Below, piece by piece: positions 9,752 to 26,473 of a stretch of 64,000 nucleotides of DNA. The DNA comes from Spirogloea muscicola. Lineage: Eukaryota. The DNA lies in the NCBI GenBank assembly GCA_009602725.1, contig WELB01000010.1, forward strand, positions 636,535 through 700,534. Direction: 5' to 3'. A program made the translations under genes and the position numbers. The notes under the pieces were generated by a model. It searched no databases. It saw nothing but the letters and a program-made list of their open reading frames with translations, and had not been told where the DNA came from. Every line of letters begins with the position of its first letter. Position 1 is the stretch's first letter.

Positions 9752-11260
9752 CCAGAGGAGGAAAGGCGCGCGGAGCGCATGCAATGAGAGGGAGGCCAAC
9801 TCAAGCCAATATATTGTTTAGGCAGAATGTAGTACAAACTAAATAAAGCTACCTATAACGAAGCCCTATGCTAAGGTGTCTAAGGGAAAGTTTCGTGTAT
9901 TTGAAACAAACGAAGGCCAAATGGCCAAGTACAAAGGCAAGCACATCTGAAGACCTACATAGCCTACAACAGATTGACCCGCTCAGCAACCACGGGTCAA
10001 AACATAAAGGTCGCTAATCGATGCCTGAATACTGGATGGCAGATACGAAGCCCTTCTGCCACCAACTAGAGCTCGCCTAGCTTTCTAGTGCCAAGCATTA
10101 GCCTGAGCACGCTGCTAACATGCCGAAACTCGTCGTCGCAAGAACGACAGATATGCAGCTGGCAAGCCCATCTCAGCCCAGAACACATCTGCATGTCGTG
10201 TGTAGCCTAGATTGGCGAATTCTGAAGGAGAGTGTGGAAACGAGGACCTAAACAGTCAAAGTTGTCGACTGCCGTTGCCAGGAGCTGATCGCCTTGGGGG
10301 TAATCGGAGTAGTGCAGCTTTCTTTGTTCTGCACTGCCCACTGCGTAGCCAGCGATGTGCGTTGATGCTGGAATTTTATAGGCCTCCGTTACAACAACAT
10401 CGACCAAGGCCCGTGGTCCTCCACCAGGTTGCACGCCCACACTAGTGTGCGGCGATGATGATGTCCCTGGGCATCCGTGGTGATAGGCATGATGTTGTTT
10501 ACTTCCACGACCGCCTGGTACCAGGCGTCAAACCCGCCAGGGCATCGCGAAGGAGGTAGTGGATGCCCACCATTTCTGGTCCAGTGGGGCATCGCAGCAT
10601 GTGAGTGGCGAGCTCAGCACCCTCTGCACGGAAGCCGCACTCACACTGGCGCACCCCAATCAGGCAATTAGGTGGGAGGCTGAGGAAGAGTTGAGCAACG
10701 TCCGAAAGGCCTCGGAGCTGATGCTGAAGGCATTGGCCACGGCGTGTGAGGTGATCCAGTCTGTGGCACCAGGTGTGCGGAGAGAAGGTAACAGAGAGAC
10801 ATTAGTACCCACGGGTGAGCACATACAAATCCGACAAGCTAATCTGGGGAGCCGGAGCGCCGCCACGAAGCCGGTGGCCTGACTTAGAGCGCGCCCTGCA
10901 CGCTGATGAATAGCCAGAGCTTGCGAGCGCTGCAACTTAAGCGAAAGCGGAGAGGGAGAAGGCACGCGGTGCGCAAGAGATGATGGAGGCCCGATCAACG
11001 CCGACAAATCGTACAGGCGAAAGCGAGTGCAAGTAGTGGGGCGACACATTTCATTCTGTATTCTGTACTAACACATAGCGAAGCTTTATGCTGAAGGTGG
11101 GCCCGAGGCGGAGCCCATACGGGTAAGAGAGAGAAGGCGCGCGCGGTGCGCATGAGATATAAGGGAGGCCAAATCAAGCCAAGGAACATTGTTCAGGCAA
11201 AAGGAATGGAGTGTGTATTGAGTTATGGAGGGCCTGACTGGCCAAGTACGAAGGCAAGCA
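9752..11260 (-). mobile_element. Head-to-tail CRE-like fragments, including a long family-C copy (~9886-10770) with degenerate zinc knuckle and RLE
   Basis: Frameshifted peptides QCECGFRAEGAELATHMLRCPTGPEMVGIHYLLRDAL and RALVDVVVT..AVGSAEQRKL..PQGDQLL..AVDNFDCLGP. A-type ends at 9752, 10950 and 11125. 9905-10345 matches 37915-38355. Confidence 0.8.
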
Positions 11261-11614
11261 AGCGGAAGGCGCCGTTGCCAGCGGTTCGCATTCCCGCCCA
11301 GCCGGCATTCGCCACAAGCGGCGTTCTTTCGGAGCACCGGCGTCGTTCAGTGAGGCGCCGCCGCCGCCGCCGCCGTAACCTTCGCTCGGTGCTGTCGCTG
11401 CCGCTGCGCGGTCGCAGGCCAGAGGGCAGGCAGGGCCAAGTGGTAGCGGGAACTGTGCAGCCGACAGTGCCGGGTCCAGCAGTGACACAGCTGTGAGCCG
11501 CTGTTACGTCTAGCAGCTGCCGATCGCCGGCGACGACCCTGCAGGCCAGAGAGCTGGCGGCGTCGCGAGGCCGCGCCCCCGTGCTCGGCGAGCGGGCTCA
11601 GGCGCAGCTTCCTG

Positions 11615-15253
<3,639 letters not shown>

Positions 15254-15629
15254 ATATATTCACGGCTTATAATTAGTGCCTGCCTCAGCCTGCCTCGTGC
15301 TCCAGTCGCATATCATTGAGAGAGGTTGCGTGTGCGGTGCGGGAGGGCCGCCCATGAGGTGTGTGCGCACAGCAGTGCATGGGCTGACCTCTGATAGCCA
15401 CCGGCCGCTTCTGGCTTTGAAGAGCTGCCTGTTCCCAAGAGCAAGTGCGGGTTACCCACAGGGCAGCGTGAGGGCGAGCCGAAAGCGGCATGGCGACAAC
15501 AACGCGGGCAGGGAGGGCGGGGTTCCGAAATAGAAAGCTTTCTTTCTCTGAGAGGCGATGCCTGTGAGAGGCGCAACCCACAAAGGAATGAACATAAGCT
15601 GAATTGGCTGGGGTTCACAACTGCATTAG

Positions 15630-15720
15630 CCTTGTCCATTCCTTTGGGCTGGCCTCTCACGGCCACATCAATCTGGCCGCGCCTTCTAGTCTATTAGCGG
15701 AGCCAGGCTAGGCAGACGGG
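15630..15720. repeat. Family-E 3' end (+) abutting a short family-B-like piece (-)
   Basis: CCTTGTCCATTCCTTTGGGCTGGCCTCTCACGGCCACATCAATCTGGCCGCGCCTTCT matches the reverse complement of 37648-37712 and 41169-41238. Confidence 0.7.
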
Positions 15721-15777
15721 GGACAGGGCGGGGGTCGNCGCCCTCGCACTCCGAGGTGCTGGCGGCCCGTGCCGGAC

Positions 15778-18732
15778 ATGGCCGGCGGCGGCGCCGAGGA
15801 CGCGGCGGCCGCGGCCTCGGAGCCCCAGTGGGAGCTGCTGGAGAGCCTCTGCGAGTGCCGGGAGGAGTTCTTCCTCACCACCTGCGACACCTCCGGGGAG
15901 GACGCGGCGGCCAGCGGGGCCGCAGGTGCCGGTGGAGGCTGCGGCGGCTGGATGACCGTCTCGGACTTGGAACTCCTCGACACCGTCGGCACCTTGAACG
16001 ATGGCAGCAGAGCGGATGCTGCGGCTTCAGCCGACATCATGCCCCGTCACCATGGCCTCTTGCGCGACGATGTCCGCGAACTGGTGCAAGAATGCACTGA
16101 CGACAGCGCTGATCAAGGAAGCCAAGTAAGGGGCAAAGGCATGCAGGATGCCACCACTGTGCCTGCGACCCCATGTTTCCACTTCAATCCTACATGCTCT
16201 CCCTCGTGTACCAGCTGTGTACAGGCTTGTTCTAGCCAACGCCACGAAGCTGTGGCTCATGTCCGATCGGATATATACCATTGGTGCAGGGAACCAAGGC
16301 TACTGTCCACAAATGGCAGCACGGTTGTTGCCAGGTGCTCGACTCCGATGAGCTCCAGGCTCCACTGGGTCATCTGCTAAGATGGGAGGAGCATGAACAG
16401 CGATTCCAAGTTGTTCCCCCACCTCTAGTCGGTTGGCATCGACATCACCTGCCACAGAAGTCAGGGAGCGAAGGTAGGGGGCAGCGTGCACATTCAGCAC
16501 GGCCAAGTAAGCTTGCGGGAGGTACAACAAGCCAGACTGCAGGCTGCCGCAAAGAAGATGGTGAGGCGCAGGCCTGGCAGGTCATAAGTGTGTCATATGC
16601 TGCGCTATTATCGAATCGGCTATCTGACCACGACAGCAAGCCATAGAATTGAATAATGTCGTTGTTAGCTCAGGAGCAGCACCTGCTGATCATAACCCTG
16701 CGTAGAAACCTGGAGTGTGGAGCGTGTTTATCGACGAGCTCCCGATGCTACTGAAGGAGCGCAAGTCCAGATGGAAGACCAATGTCAGCAGGAGCTGACA
16801 TTATTAAGTCCAGGACCCTCGACAACGGAAATGACTCAGAGAAGCCAAGGCACTTCTACATCAAGCTACCGTGGTGTGACAAGACATAGGTGATGTGGCG
16901 TACCTTTACAAGGAAGAAGATAAGACCAGCATTGATGAGCTGATGTTTTTTACTCGGCAGTCACTCAAAGAGAGTTTGTGGTTACAAGTCAGACATAGAA
17001 CGTGCTTGTCACCGGAACGCTGAACAGCAGCCTTCTGACTAGGTCTTGAACTTTCACCATTTCAATGCCTGTCCTATGGCACTGTGCAGGAGGACTGGCA
17101 AGTGGGAGGCTCACCTGTGGTGCGTGATACCCTCTAAATGCTCTGCGCCTCGTCAAGTGCTAGTATGATCGACAAGCTCTGGTGGTTCTATTCGTACAGC
17201 ACGTCAACGACGCTAGCTTATGCAATGACAGATGTCCAGCGCCAAGCTGGTTAAACTCGGCTCTAAATTGAACACCACGTTGAAGCACAGAAGAGCTAAC
17301 ATTGGGTCTAGGAATTGCAGGGAAGCTGGCAGGCAAATCTACCTCGGTGAAGACTTTACCACTTCGTTGCAACTCAATTTAGAAGCTTTTAGTCCTCATC
17401 GGTTGGGCATTCAGTTGCCAGATTATGCTGTTTTGCAAACGCCCTATACCACGGCATCAGGACTGCGTAGTTGAGTCAGTGCATCGCTGATCTACTGCAT
17501 AGTAGAATTCGTCAAGGCCGGCTGAGGGCCGAGCAACTGCCAGCACCGTCATGTTGCAAGAGTAGTCAAAGAGCATACATTCAGCACAAGCAGAAGGCAT
17601 CGTCTTGTGATTTCTGAAGTCGTGCTTTACTTGCTTCAGGTGGGTTTCAAGACGAAAACCAGGCAGCTAGGTGAGGTCAAAACCCCACATCAACTCTAAA
17701 TGTGCCGCGTTCTTCACTTCCTTCATTAAGAACAAACATACTTGATTTGTTTGAGACATCCACTTTAAGAAGCTGCTGTGGAGTCTCTACTCCAGGGCAT
17801 ATGACATCTGTGCCCTAACTTTTCGTGGAGCTTCTGCTGCTACAAATTTCAACCCTGAAGAATACAGGACTGTACTTCACTCGGTAGATGCTCTCGAACC
17901 TCATGAAATCCGTGTAACTTGCAAAAGGCTGCCTTGTATTCTTGCTTCGGCACCGAGTATATATTAATCACACAGGAGTTATATTCAATGCTGCCAAGAT
18001 GACGAGCGTGACAAAGGAGACTGTTGTGCAACTACTCAGAGGCAAGGCAAGACCTGTCAGCAAGGTGGGCCTTTTAGCAAGCACAATCCAAAGTTGGACA
18101 AGCAATGCTGCAGCAATATGAATGTTTTGGTACCTGCAACCTCACAAGTTGACACTCACTGTCTGTTATTCGTGCAATTCGCAGGTATCAGCATCGAAGG
18201 ATACCCACACCAGGCCAGAGGAAAGAAGGGGCCTTGGAAGGAGGGACGCAGGCAGCAGCTGTAGCAGCAGCGAGCAGGCAGGGTGGCGAATCACAACAGC
18301 GAGGCCATTGGTTGAGGTCCGACTCTGTGCAGAGCTAGACTCTGCGACTGCTAATTCATAGTACTTAGTCAAGTGTACAACACTAAATATGTGAAGTTTG
18401 CCAAGATGTGCGGTGCTTTGGTGCAGGAACCTATCATGCAGCTGGAACCGCACTGTAAGACAAGAAAGACAACCTTCCTGAGATCCCACAACCCCACATC
18501 CACTATGAAACGAGCCAGCGCAGCTTCAGGAGCCTGTCAAGAGGATCATGCAATAGCCAACAGCCATGCGCGGTTGGCTCCACTGAAGGTAAGACATGCC
18601 AAGGGGCTTAGCAAGGCAGCAGTCATTTTTATGCATGCCATGGATGTTCGTGAAGCTGGGTGTCAAAGAATGTACAATGTACTGTACATGACGCAGTTTG
18701 ACCTTTGTGCCTCTTAGTAGCCGAGACCTTAA
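15778..18732 (+). CDS. AP2-domain transcription factor, euAP2-type, single AP2 domain; 3' end uncertain
   Basis: Spliced domain SSYRGVTRHR|RTGKWEAHLW|EAGRQIYLG|GFQDENQAAR|AYDICALTFRGASAATNF, from exons ending 16889 and 17090-17119, 17321-17346, 17640-17670, 17796-17883. Linker MTSVTKETVVQLLR at 17999-18064. Confidence 0.85.
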
Positions 18733-19038
18733 AACGAGGCAGCCCAATGTTGGTCAATATAAGGACAAGTCTTTCCGGACTTGCCAGGACTGCTTCCTGC
18801 GTGCAACCATGGCGGACATTGCTGCACGGCGGCAGCTCTTGCAGAGTAAGACTGACAAGTGAAGGGAACTCTGCTACATGTCCTCAGCACCTAGGAGCGG
18901 CCTACGCGCTAGCATGCAGGACAAGCTTGTACTGGTCGCTCATCGAAGTTTGTCCACAGCTTCCCGCCATCTCAGGGGGCTGCAGAGGACGATGAGACTT
19001 AGCTCGACGATTTGCTTGGCCTAGACACTATGCCAAAG

Positions 19039-20498
19039 TTACATTGCCATCTGCTTGACTGCGTCAAGCTTGCTGCGGAGAGTAGCCAGCCGCTCTCCCC
19101 ACTCGCTGGGAATCAGAAGGTCTCTGACTTCCTGCTCCTCTGCAACATCATTCTCCGGCCCTCCCTCGTCGCCGGAAGGCCCTCGATGCCTGCTCATCCT
19201 ACCCCGGCTACTCCTGCTGCCTTTGTCTTGTCGTGCAGCCGCCTTCTCCAGTGCTGCCCTCTGCATGGCCGCCAGAATGGACTCTCCACTTGTGGCGCTG
19301 CTGCACACAGAAGGCTGTCACGATCACATTGGGTTGCATAAAGAGCTATTCAGTGGACCCGCTGCACACCCACTGGCAGCACAGATGCAGTTGGCCCAAC
19401 AGCTGTGTTGCTCAAAGCAATGTCTTAGCTACTTTGCTGCCTTGATTGACCACAGGTGCTGGGCAACTAGCTTGGCAGTCGTTATCCAACTTCTCGGGCC
19501 ATTGGAAGTAGGACGACCTTGCCGGCCTGCTCTCTGGTTGAGCCGCCTCCAGCGGCCTCTTCGGGTCCTCAGACGCTGTAGACCCGGAGTCAGATGCAGC
19601 GAGCTCTTGCAGATGCAACTGCTGGTCAGAAGGTGAAGCCAAGGCCGAACTGAATGCTCTGTGCCTGGCAGCGCTGACCTCCGGGGCATGCGCAAGGCCA
19701 GCCAATGCAAGGCTTATGTCCTCACGCACAGCATCTTGCGGAAGCCTCTCGCGATGTCTGGACTGCCGGCCAGCCGCAGACCTGGGATTTTTGCTGACAC
19801 CTGATGAGCCAGTCCTCTGGGTGGCAGCACCGTGGCTAGAGCTGCTCGACCTCGCGGTCTTCCCAAGCTCCGCCTTGAGCATCCGCCCCTGAAGTGTGAG
19901 ACTCCGGATCGCCTCCAGAACGTCGTCAACGTTGGCACCCTCGGAGACTGTGGCGAAGCTGTACCCGCGGCAGAGCTGGCCGGGCGCAGTCCCGGGCAGG
20001 AACTTGCAGGCTGCGACGCCAGGCACGGCTGTGAGCGCGCTCTGAAAGTCCTCTCGCGGCAGCCTGCTGCCCAGGTTCGACACAAAAATCTGTGTAGTGC
20101 GCTCGCTGTCAGATGGCCTCTGCACGGCCGCCCTCCTGCGTCCGTCGTCTTGGCCAGCAGCGGCAGCTACCGAGCTGCTCCCCGAAGCTGGTGCATGCCA
20201 GTCGGCTGACTGCAGCTGCTCATCCTGCTGCCTGAACTCAACGTCGGGACCAGACTGCTCCTCGTCTCTCCCTTCCGAGTCCTCAGCTCGCAGCTCCTCC
20301 TTGAGCCGCACTCCAGCGAGCACCGCCGGCTCAGCCGCTGCCGAGGAGCCGCCGCGGACCTCAGGGTCGGGCGTGGCCTGGCGTCCACGCACCTCCCCAA
20401 GGCTCTCCTTGATTGCCAGCAGCGAGCCGAACGGGGACGCGACGCCCTCCGCCGCCGCCGGCCGCGCCCGAGCCGCGGCAGCCGCCTCCGCCGCCGCC
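19039..20498 (-). CDS. RRM-domain protein; 5' end in the N gap
   Basis: QIFVSNL (RNP2) and CRGYSFATV (RNP1) followed by LQGRMLKAE in a long open frame. Probable intron ~19301-19431 leads to a terminal exon ending LLIPSEWGERLATLRSKLDAVKQMAM*. Confidence 0.7.
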
Positions 20499-21220
20499 NN
20501 NNNNNNNNNNNNNNNNNNNNNNNNNNNNNNNNNNNNNNNNNNNNNNNNNNNNNNNNNNNNNNNNNNNNNNNNNNNNNNNNNNNNNNNNNNNNNNNNNNNN
20601 NNNNNNNNNNNNNNNNNNNNNNNNNNNNNNNNNNNNNNNNNNNNNNNNNNNNNNNNNNNNNNNNNNNNNNNNNNNNNNNNNNNNNNNNNNNNNNNNNNNN
20701 NNNNNNNNNNNNNNNNNNNNNNNNNNNNNNNNNNNNNNNNNNNNNNNNNNNNNNNNNNNNNNNNNNNNNNNNNNNNNNNNNNNNNNNNNNNNNNNNNNNN
20801 NNNNNNNNNNNNNNNNNNNNNNNNNNNNNNNNNNNNNNNNNNNNNNNNNNNNNNNNNNNNNNNNNNNNNNNNNNNNNNNNNNNNNNNNNNNNNNNNNNNN
20901 NNNNNNNNNNNNNNNNNNNNNNNNNNNNNNNNNNNNNNNNNNNNNNNNNNNNNNNNNNNNNNNNNNNNNNNNNNNNNNNNNNNNNNNNNNNNNNNNNNNN
21001 NNNNNNNNNNNNNNNNNNNNNNNNNNNNNNNNNNNNNNNNNNNNNNNNNNNNNNNNNNNNNNNNNNNNNNNNNNNNNNNNNNNNNNNNNNNNNNNNNNNN
21101 NNNNNNNNNNNNNNNNNNNNNNNNNNNNNNNNNNNNNNNNNNNNNNNNNNNNNNNNNNNNNNNNNNNNNNNNNNNNNNNNNNNNNNNNNNNNNNNNNNNN
21201 NNNNNNNNNNNNNNNNNNNN

Positions 21221-23137
21221 GGCGCGCCGCCGCTGCGGGCCGTCGTCGCCGGATGCGCCGCCTGCGAGGCCCTCCAGTGCGACGGCTCCGGTGCGCGCCG
21301 CCTCCGCCTCGCGCCCCGCGAAGCTCCGCCACGCCGCCGCCGCCATTGCCGTTGTGGGCACCGGTCCTGCGCTGCCGTGGAGCTCGGGCGCTGAGCCCGA
21401 GGTGCTGCTGCCGTGTTGCAGTCGGCTACGGTGGCAGCCCCGACGAGCGCGGCGAGACGACGCTGGACGCTGTGGTCATGTGCGGGGTATCGTTGCACAC
21501 CCACGCTGGTTCTCAGTGTGCACCTTCGCCACTTGGGGCCCTGCATTGCGGCCATCAAGCCCAATAGGCAGGCCCATCTTTGCTTCGAGGCCCAACGATC
21601 ATGCAGCCTCCGTTGATACATGCCGCTGCGATCCCTGGCACGCAGCGTGCCTGAGAAGCCGCTTGTGCGACAGGGCCGCTGTCCTGGCCCCCTTGACAGG
21701 ACTCCATGGCGGTCGGGGCGGTCGGGGCACTTAGGAGGGTCAAGGGCGCCATACAGGCGGCGGAGCTCGTGCTGCGCCACTCGAGCCACACGCTCCTGGT
21801 CGGCGAGCAGGCGGCCGACTTTGCGCTCGCCATGGGGTGCGACGGGCCGTCCGACCTCACCACCGACCGCTCGGCGGGCCTCTGGAGCGCGTGGACGACG
21901 CAGGACTGCCAGCCCAACTTCTGGAAGGATGTCGAGCCCGACCACAGCTCGCAGTGTGGGCCTTACGCTCCAAAGACGGGAGCGCCGAGCGGGGACTTGG
22001 CAGCCGAACAGCAGGAATCGAGGGGCGTACATCGAAACGTTGGCCCCGGCAATCATGACACCATCAGCATGGTCGCCATTGACGAGGTCATGCTCGCCCT
22101 CTTTCCTCCTTGACTTCAGAGCATTGGCAGGTTGTCGGATGGCCAGAGAGCGTGCTCACCACATCTGGTACTCCTCTGGCTTGTGTCATCTGCACCGCAT
22201 GCAGATGGTGCAGCTCCACTTATAAGCTTGACATTTGCAGCTGTTGCACAATTGGTTCTGCTATGTACGGGACGCTTGACGCTGTTAAGCTTGTATGTTG
22301 GAGCCAGAATGGCAGCATGGCTGCTGGAGGCTCAACCAATGGGCTGACCTTCAAAATACCAGGAAGGTGCTTGTGCATCCACTGCAGGGGCAATATGAAA
22401 TTGTTGACATGCCTGCGCACTGAAGAGCAGCTCTAGTTCAGCATTACTGCTGTGCTGAGCAGAGGTTCAAGAAGATGCAGTGAAGTTATCAAAAGCCGAT
22501 ACTTCAAGCAGATAATTAAGAAAGATACTAGGTTGACGTAATTGCTGCAGGGTGGGAGACACTCCAATACCTGGTGCTGGAGTGTATGTAGACAGTGATG
22601 TTGGAGGCTGTGGCGCGACGGGGGATGGGGACATCATGATGCGGTTTCTCGCGTGGTGTGCCACTTCTCTCAACCTTATTTGTCAGGCTAATCCAAAAGT
22701 TGCCCCGATAGCCAAGGATTTATCCTGATGTTGCTACTGTGAACATACATCAAGTCTTGTATTGCCGCACACTACCGCAGCAGTCAGCTGGGTCAATTCC
22801 CAGCACTCTACCCTATATTCCACATTGGCAAGATGAATCACCCGCGTTAGTGAAACTGATGGCAGTACATGTTTCTTGCAATGCAACTCTCTGCAGCTAT
22901 CAGGTTGTAGAAAGCATGAGACAAGGCCAAACCCCTCTGGAGGCGGCTGAGGACGCCATTGCACGGATTGTCCGGAAGCACCCTCACTTTGTCGGAGCCC
23001 TTTTTGCTGTGAACAAACTAGGCGACCATGCTGGTGCTTGTAATGGCTGGGAATTTCAGTATTCAGTCAAGACAAGCTTGAGTGAAATAGTGGAGATTCA
23101 CACAGTCCTGCCTTCTGCCAAAGCTTCTGTAAGATAG
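21221..23137 (+). CDS. AGA: N(4)-(beta-N-acetylglucosaminyl)-L-asparaginase (aspartylglucosaminidase); 5' end in gap
   Basis: [44 protein letters not shown], autocleavage site [37 protein letters not shown]. Confidence 0.95.
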
Positions 23138-23944
23138 GTACAAAGAAGCAGAAGCACCACATTACTCACTGCCCACAAAGTCAAAGACTTTTAGTCTGTG
23201 TATTCGTAGTGAGAAATTGCAGAGCAACTCCTACAGTCTCGTGTAGATCTATTAAGTGTCGCAGTATCATTGTGATTGTTGCCTGAGCTTTCAAGCTCCT
23301 CTAACTCTTCACACAGTGAGGGCCTACAACTCATAGCAAGTTCCATGCTTCAGATGACTGTCTGCTTGTCAGCTCTGCCCCTTTCAGTCATGGCAGTGAT
23401 TGAAAATTAGCTTCACCTGCATGCCATGTACTTGGTCGTACATAACAAGAGACTTGCTAACAACACATGAAAGCAGCATGTGCTGCAATAGTCAATTTGC
23501 TTGCTGACTGAGCAGCTATACAGTAGTGGCATTTGAGGAAGCAACAATCACATCGGTAGCAATCTGAATCTATAGAATGCAGCATCTGTACTTATAACAC
23601 GTCATTGAACTGCCATGAATAGCAACACCACCTTGCACTCGACAATCACAATATGCAATGTGCAAGTGTCACTATGCTTTTGGTTTTGGACACAGCAATA
23701 AACCCATGTCATACGCCCTGGAACAGTAACATGCTGCACTTTGATAGACAACACTGCCAAGATTGGCTACCCCACAAGTCAACAATGGAAATGGACTACT
23801 GCAAATCACTGCTGCTTCCTTGCATCCTATGATCCCATGTGCCACAGCCAAGTGCTTCAGGATGTAGCAACTGGCAACCAAACCCATCATAACAGCTCTT
23901 TTGTTCTGCTCATCTATGCCAACGCTTATGGAACTCAACAATCT

Positions 23945-26473
23945 TTATGCTGCTTTTAGGGCTTTGTCCTTCTTCTTCTGGGCCTCCTGCGCCTGCGAAG
24001 TTGACAGAAAGTGCCAAAATACGTCAGTACTAAATCAACTGAAGTTGAAAGAAAGTCACCTTCAAGTCTGAAGAGTTTAAGCAGCCAATCACAGGTACTT
24101 GATAGCTCCACTAGCCTGACTAAGGGCTGCAATATTGCTATCCTTACATCCATCAACCTTGTCCTGAAGGTACAATAGCTCATGATGGCCCCATCATACA
24201 ACAGTCACGTACCTGAGAATAGAGGAAGGTACCCAGGATGGCAATAGCAGCACCCACACCATTGATAGGTCGCACAGGGGTTTTGAAGATGATGATGGAG
24301 GACACGATGACAGACACTCGCTTCATGGTATTGCCAATACTGAAGGTCAGAGGTGAAATTTCGTTGAGCGACATGTAGCTGACCTGGTTATACAGATGGT
24401 AAAAAACAGATTGCGCTACTACCCACCTGCACTTGCAAACACATTGCAACCAATTAGTGTTGAGAGTATGTCAAGCGTCCAAAGACGGGAGGCCCTGCAA
24501 TGGCTCAATGGCCCTGCAAAACGTAGGGAGGTGGAAAGTCGGAGCCGGGTGGACATCAAGGACCAAAGTGATAACTGCTGGCTTGTGGCAGCAAGCATTT
24601 GTTCGGGCTTGACGAGCTCAACATTGAGCAACAGTGCATAAGTATCACTGTAACTTACTGAGCAGCTCACCAGAATATTTGAGGACCAACATTTGCCTTG
24701 GCCACACTCCAGCCAGCCCTCCAAACAGGCATGCCACCCTCGACGATGAACGCAAAGGGGGTAAGGAAAGCAAGCGAGAGGATGGACAGGCACGCATAGT
24801 AGTTGATGCCACCAACGTTCTGGCCGGTCATGCCCTTCTTTGAGAAGACATTACGGAAGACAAAGGCGACGTTGGAAATCATAGCACCCACGAAACCTGC
24901 CAGAGGTGAAGAGTGTGCTAAGACACAGAAATACCAGGCCTTTGACTTCCAGCAGTATTGCCTTGCTAATGCTGACAGAAGTGGGATAGCTGGCTGGCAG
25001 CAATGAGCTCGCAATGAGAATGAGGGCGCCGCACTTCCATGCAAGAATGCTCACGAGTACTTTCAGTTGAAGTGAAGATAGTGAGACATCCACATTAAGC
25101 TTCGAGACACAACCTACAAATGCTTGATAGCCTGGGCTTGCACATGCCATATCCAGGTGCACAGGGCGACACTGTATGCGTCCGTGTCAAGAATGAACAA
25201 GGTAAAAAGTCTAGCTGACTTGTGCAGAGGGCGTTACCTCCCATATTGAAGTTCAGCTCCGTAAGAGCAGCCAGTCCGCAGCCTCCAATGATGGGAAGAA
25301 GGGACAGGTAGACACCCGAGGAATAGGACTCTCCCAGTAGCCCAGCCTGCAGAACCACACTGAAGGCTGGCTCGGCACTCTTGATGATATGGGTGAATGA
25401 AACGGCCACCTTCGACATGCTCACAGTAGCAGCCACATGGCCAATGGTGTGAGCAAGCGCAACCTGCAAAGGCAACGAGACAGCGATATCAGCAGGTAGT
25501 GAAAGACTCTGAAGGTTACTGCCCTGTCGCTTGCTGCCATGCCATGATGATTGACCTGCCTTTACAGGTCAGATGCAGGATATGATTGGGGGTTTATGAC
25601 TTGCGGGCAACCATAAGCACACCTACGCACAGCAGTGCCCCTATCTTTCAACATGATGGAAAGGCACAAGCCTGCACAACACTCTTCTCCCACCTCTGCA
25701 GTCATCCTTGACTGCTGTTGGCCTGCTGATTCATGCATCTTGACTCTCTGCTATAGTCACCTATCTAGTCCAGTATTCAAATGTTCTATCAAGTGCATGT
25801 CACATGGACGTCGCATGGTCGTCAACCATGCTCTGGAAGACTCAGCCAACGTGCTGCGCTTGACATTGATCACCAAGTGATTGCACATTGTCTGCCAGCA
25901 TGTCAACAAAACCCCCTCCACCGAGGGCAACTTCAAAGGACAAGGCCTCTCACCGGGGCAAGGGCTTTCCAGAACGACTGGTCGGTCTTGGGCGGCTCCA
26001 CGATGCGCAGGAGCCAGGCGAAGGACATGATGGTGACGCCGGCGGCGAGCGAGAGGGTGGAGGTGAGCCAGGGGTAGGGGTAGGCGTTGAGGACTTTCTT
26101 GTTGTAGATGTTGAAGACGACGTTCAGCGTCCACCAAGTGAGGAAGTAGATGCCGATCTTGACCTTGCGCCCGCCCTCTTCCATCTGCTCGTCGGACAGG
26201 TCCGCCTTGGCCTGGAGGTCGCCCTTGGCATCGTCAAAGGACTTGCCAGCCTCCGCCGCCTGCGCCACGACGCGCCTAGGAGCCAACTGCTTCGCGGGCG
26301 CAGGGCTCTGACGGGCGAGAAGGCGACGCCCGGCGACGAAGGCCGATGCGGAGAGCTTGACCGATGCTGTGCCTGCTACAGCGAAGAGGCCGGCGGGCTG
26401 GGGCGCGGAGGCCCCGCAGCGCGCCACGGCCGAGGCGCGCGCGGGTGCCTGGAGCCGCCATGCCTCGGGCGGC
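23945..26473 (-). CDS. GPT: Plastid glucose-6-phosphate/phosphate translocator; start in gap
   Basis: KIGIYFLTWWTLNVVFNIYNKKVLNAYPYPWLTSTLSLA, AHTIGHVAATVSMSKVAVSFTHIIKSAEPAFS, YHLYNQVSYMSLNEISPLTFSIGNTMKRVSVI. Last exon AQEAQKKKDKALKAA*. Confidence 0.95.

Noticed and set aside
18514..18534. GCCAGCGCAGCTTCAGGAGCC (ASAASGA) resembling the euAP2 miR172 site (AAASSGF)
   Set aside because: Only about 13 of 21 nt match, too many mismatches for a plant miRNA site.
20499..21220. Long ORFs of 323-649 aa spanning this interval
   Set aside because: Artefacts of the 722-N gap. The flanks belong to two divergent genes.
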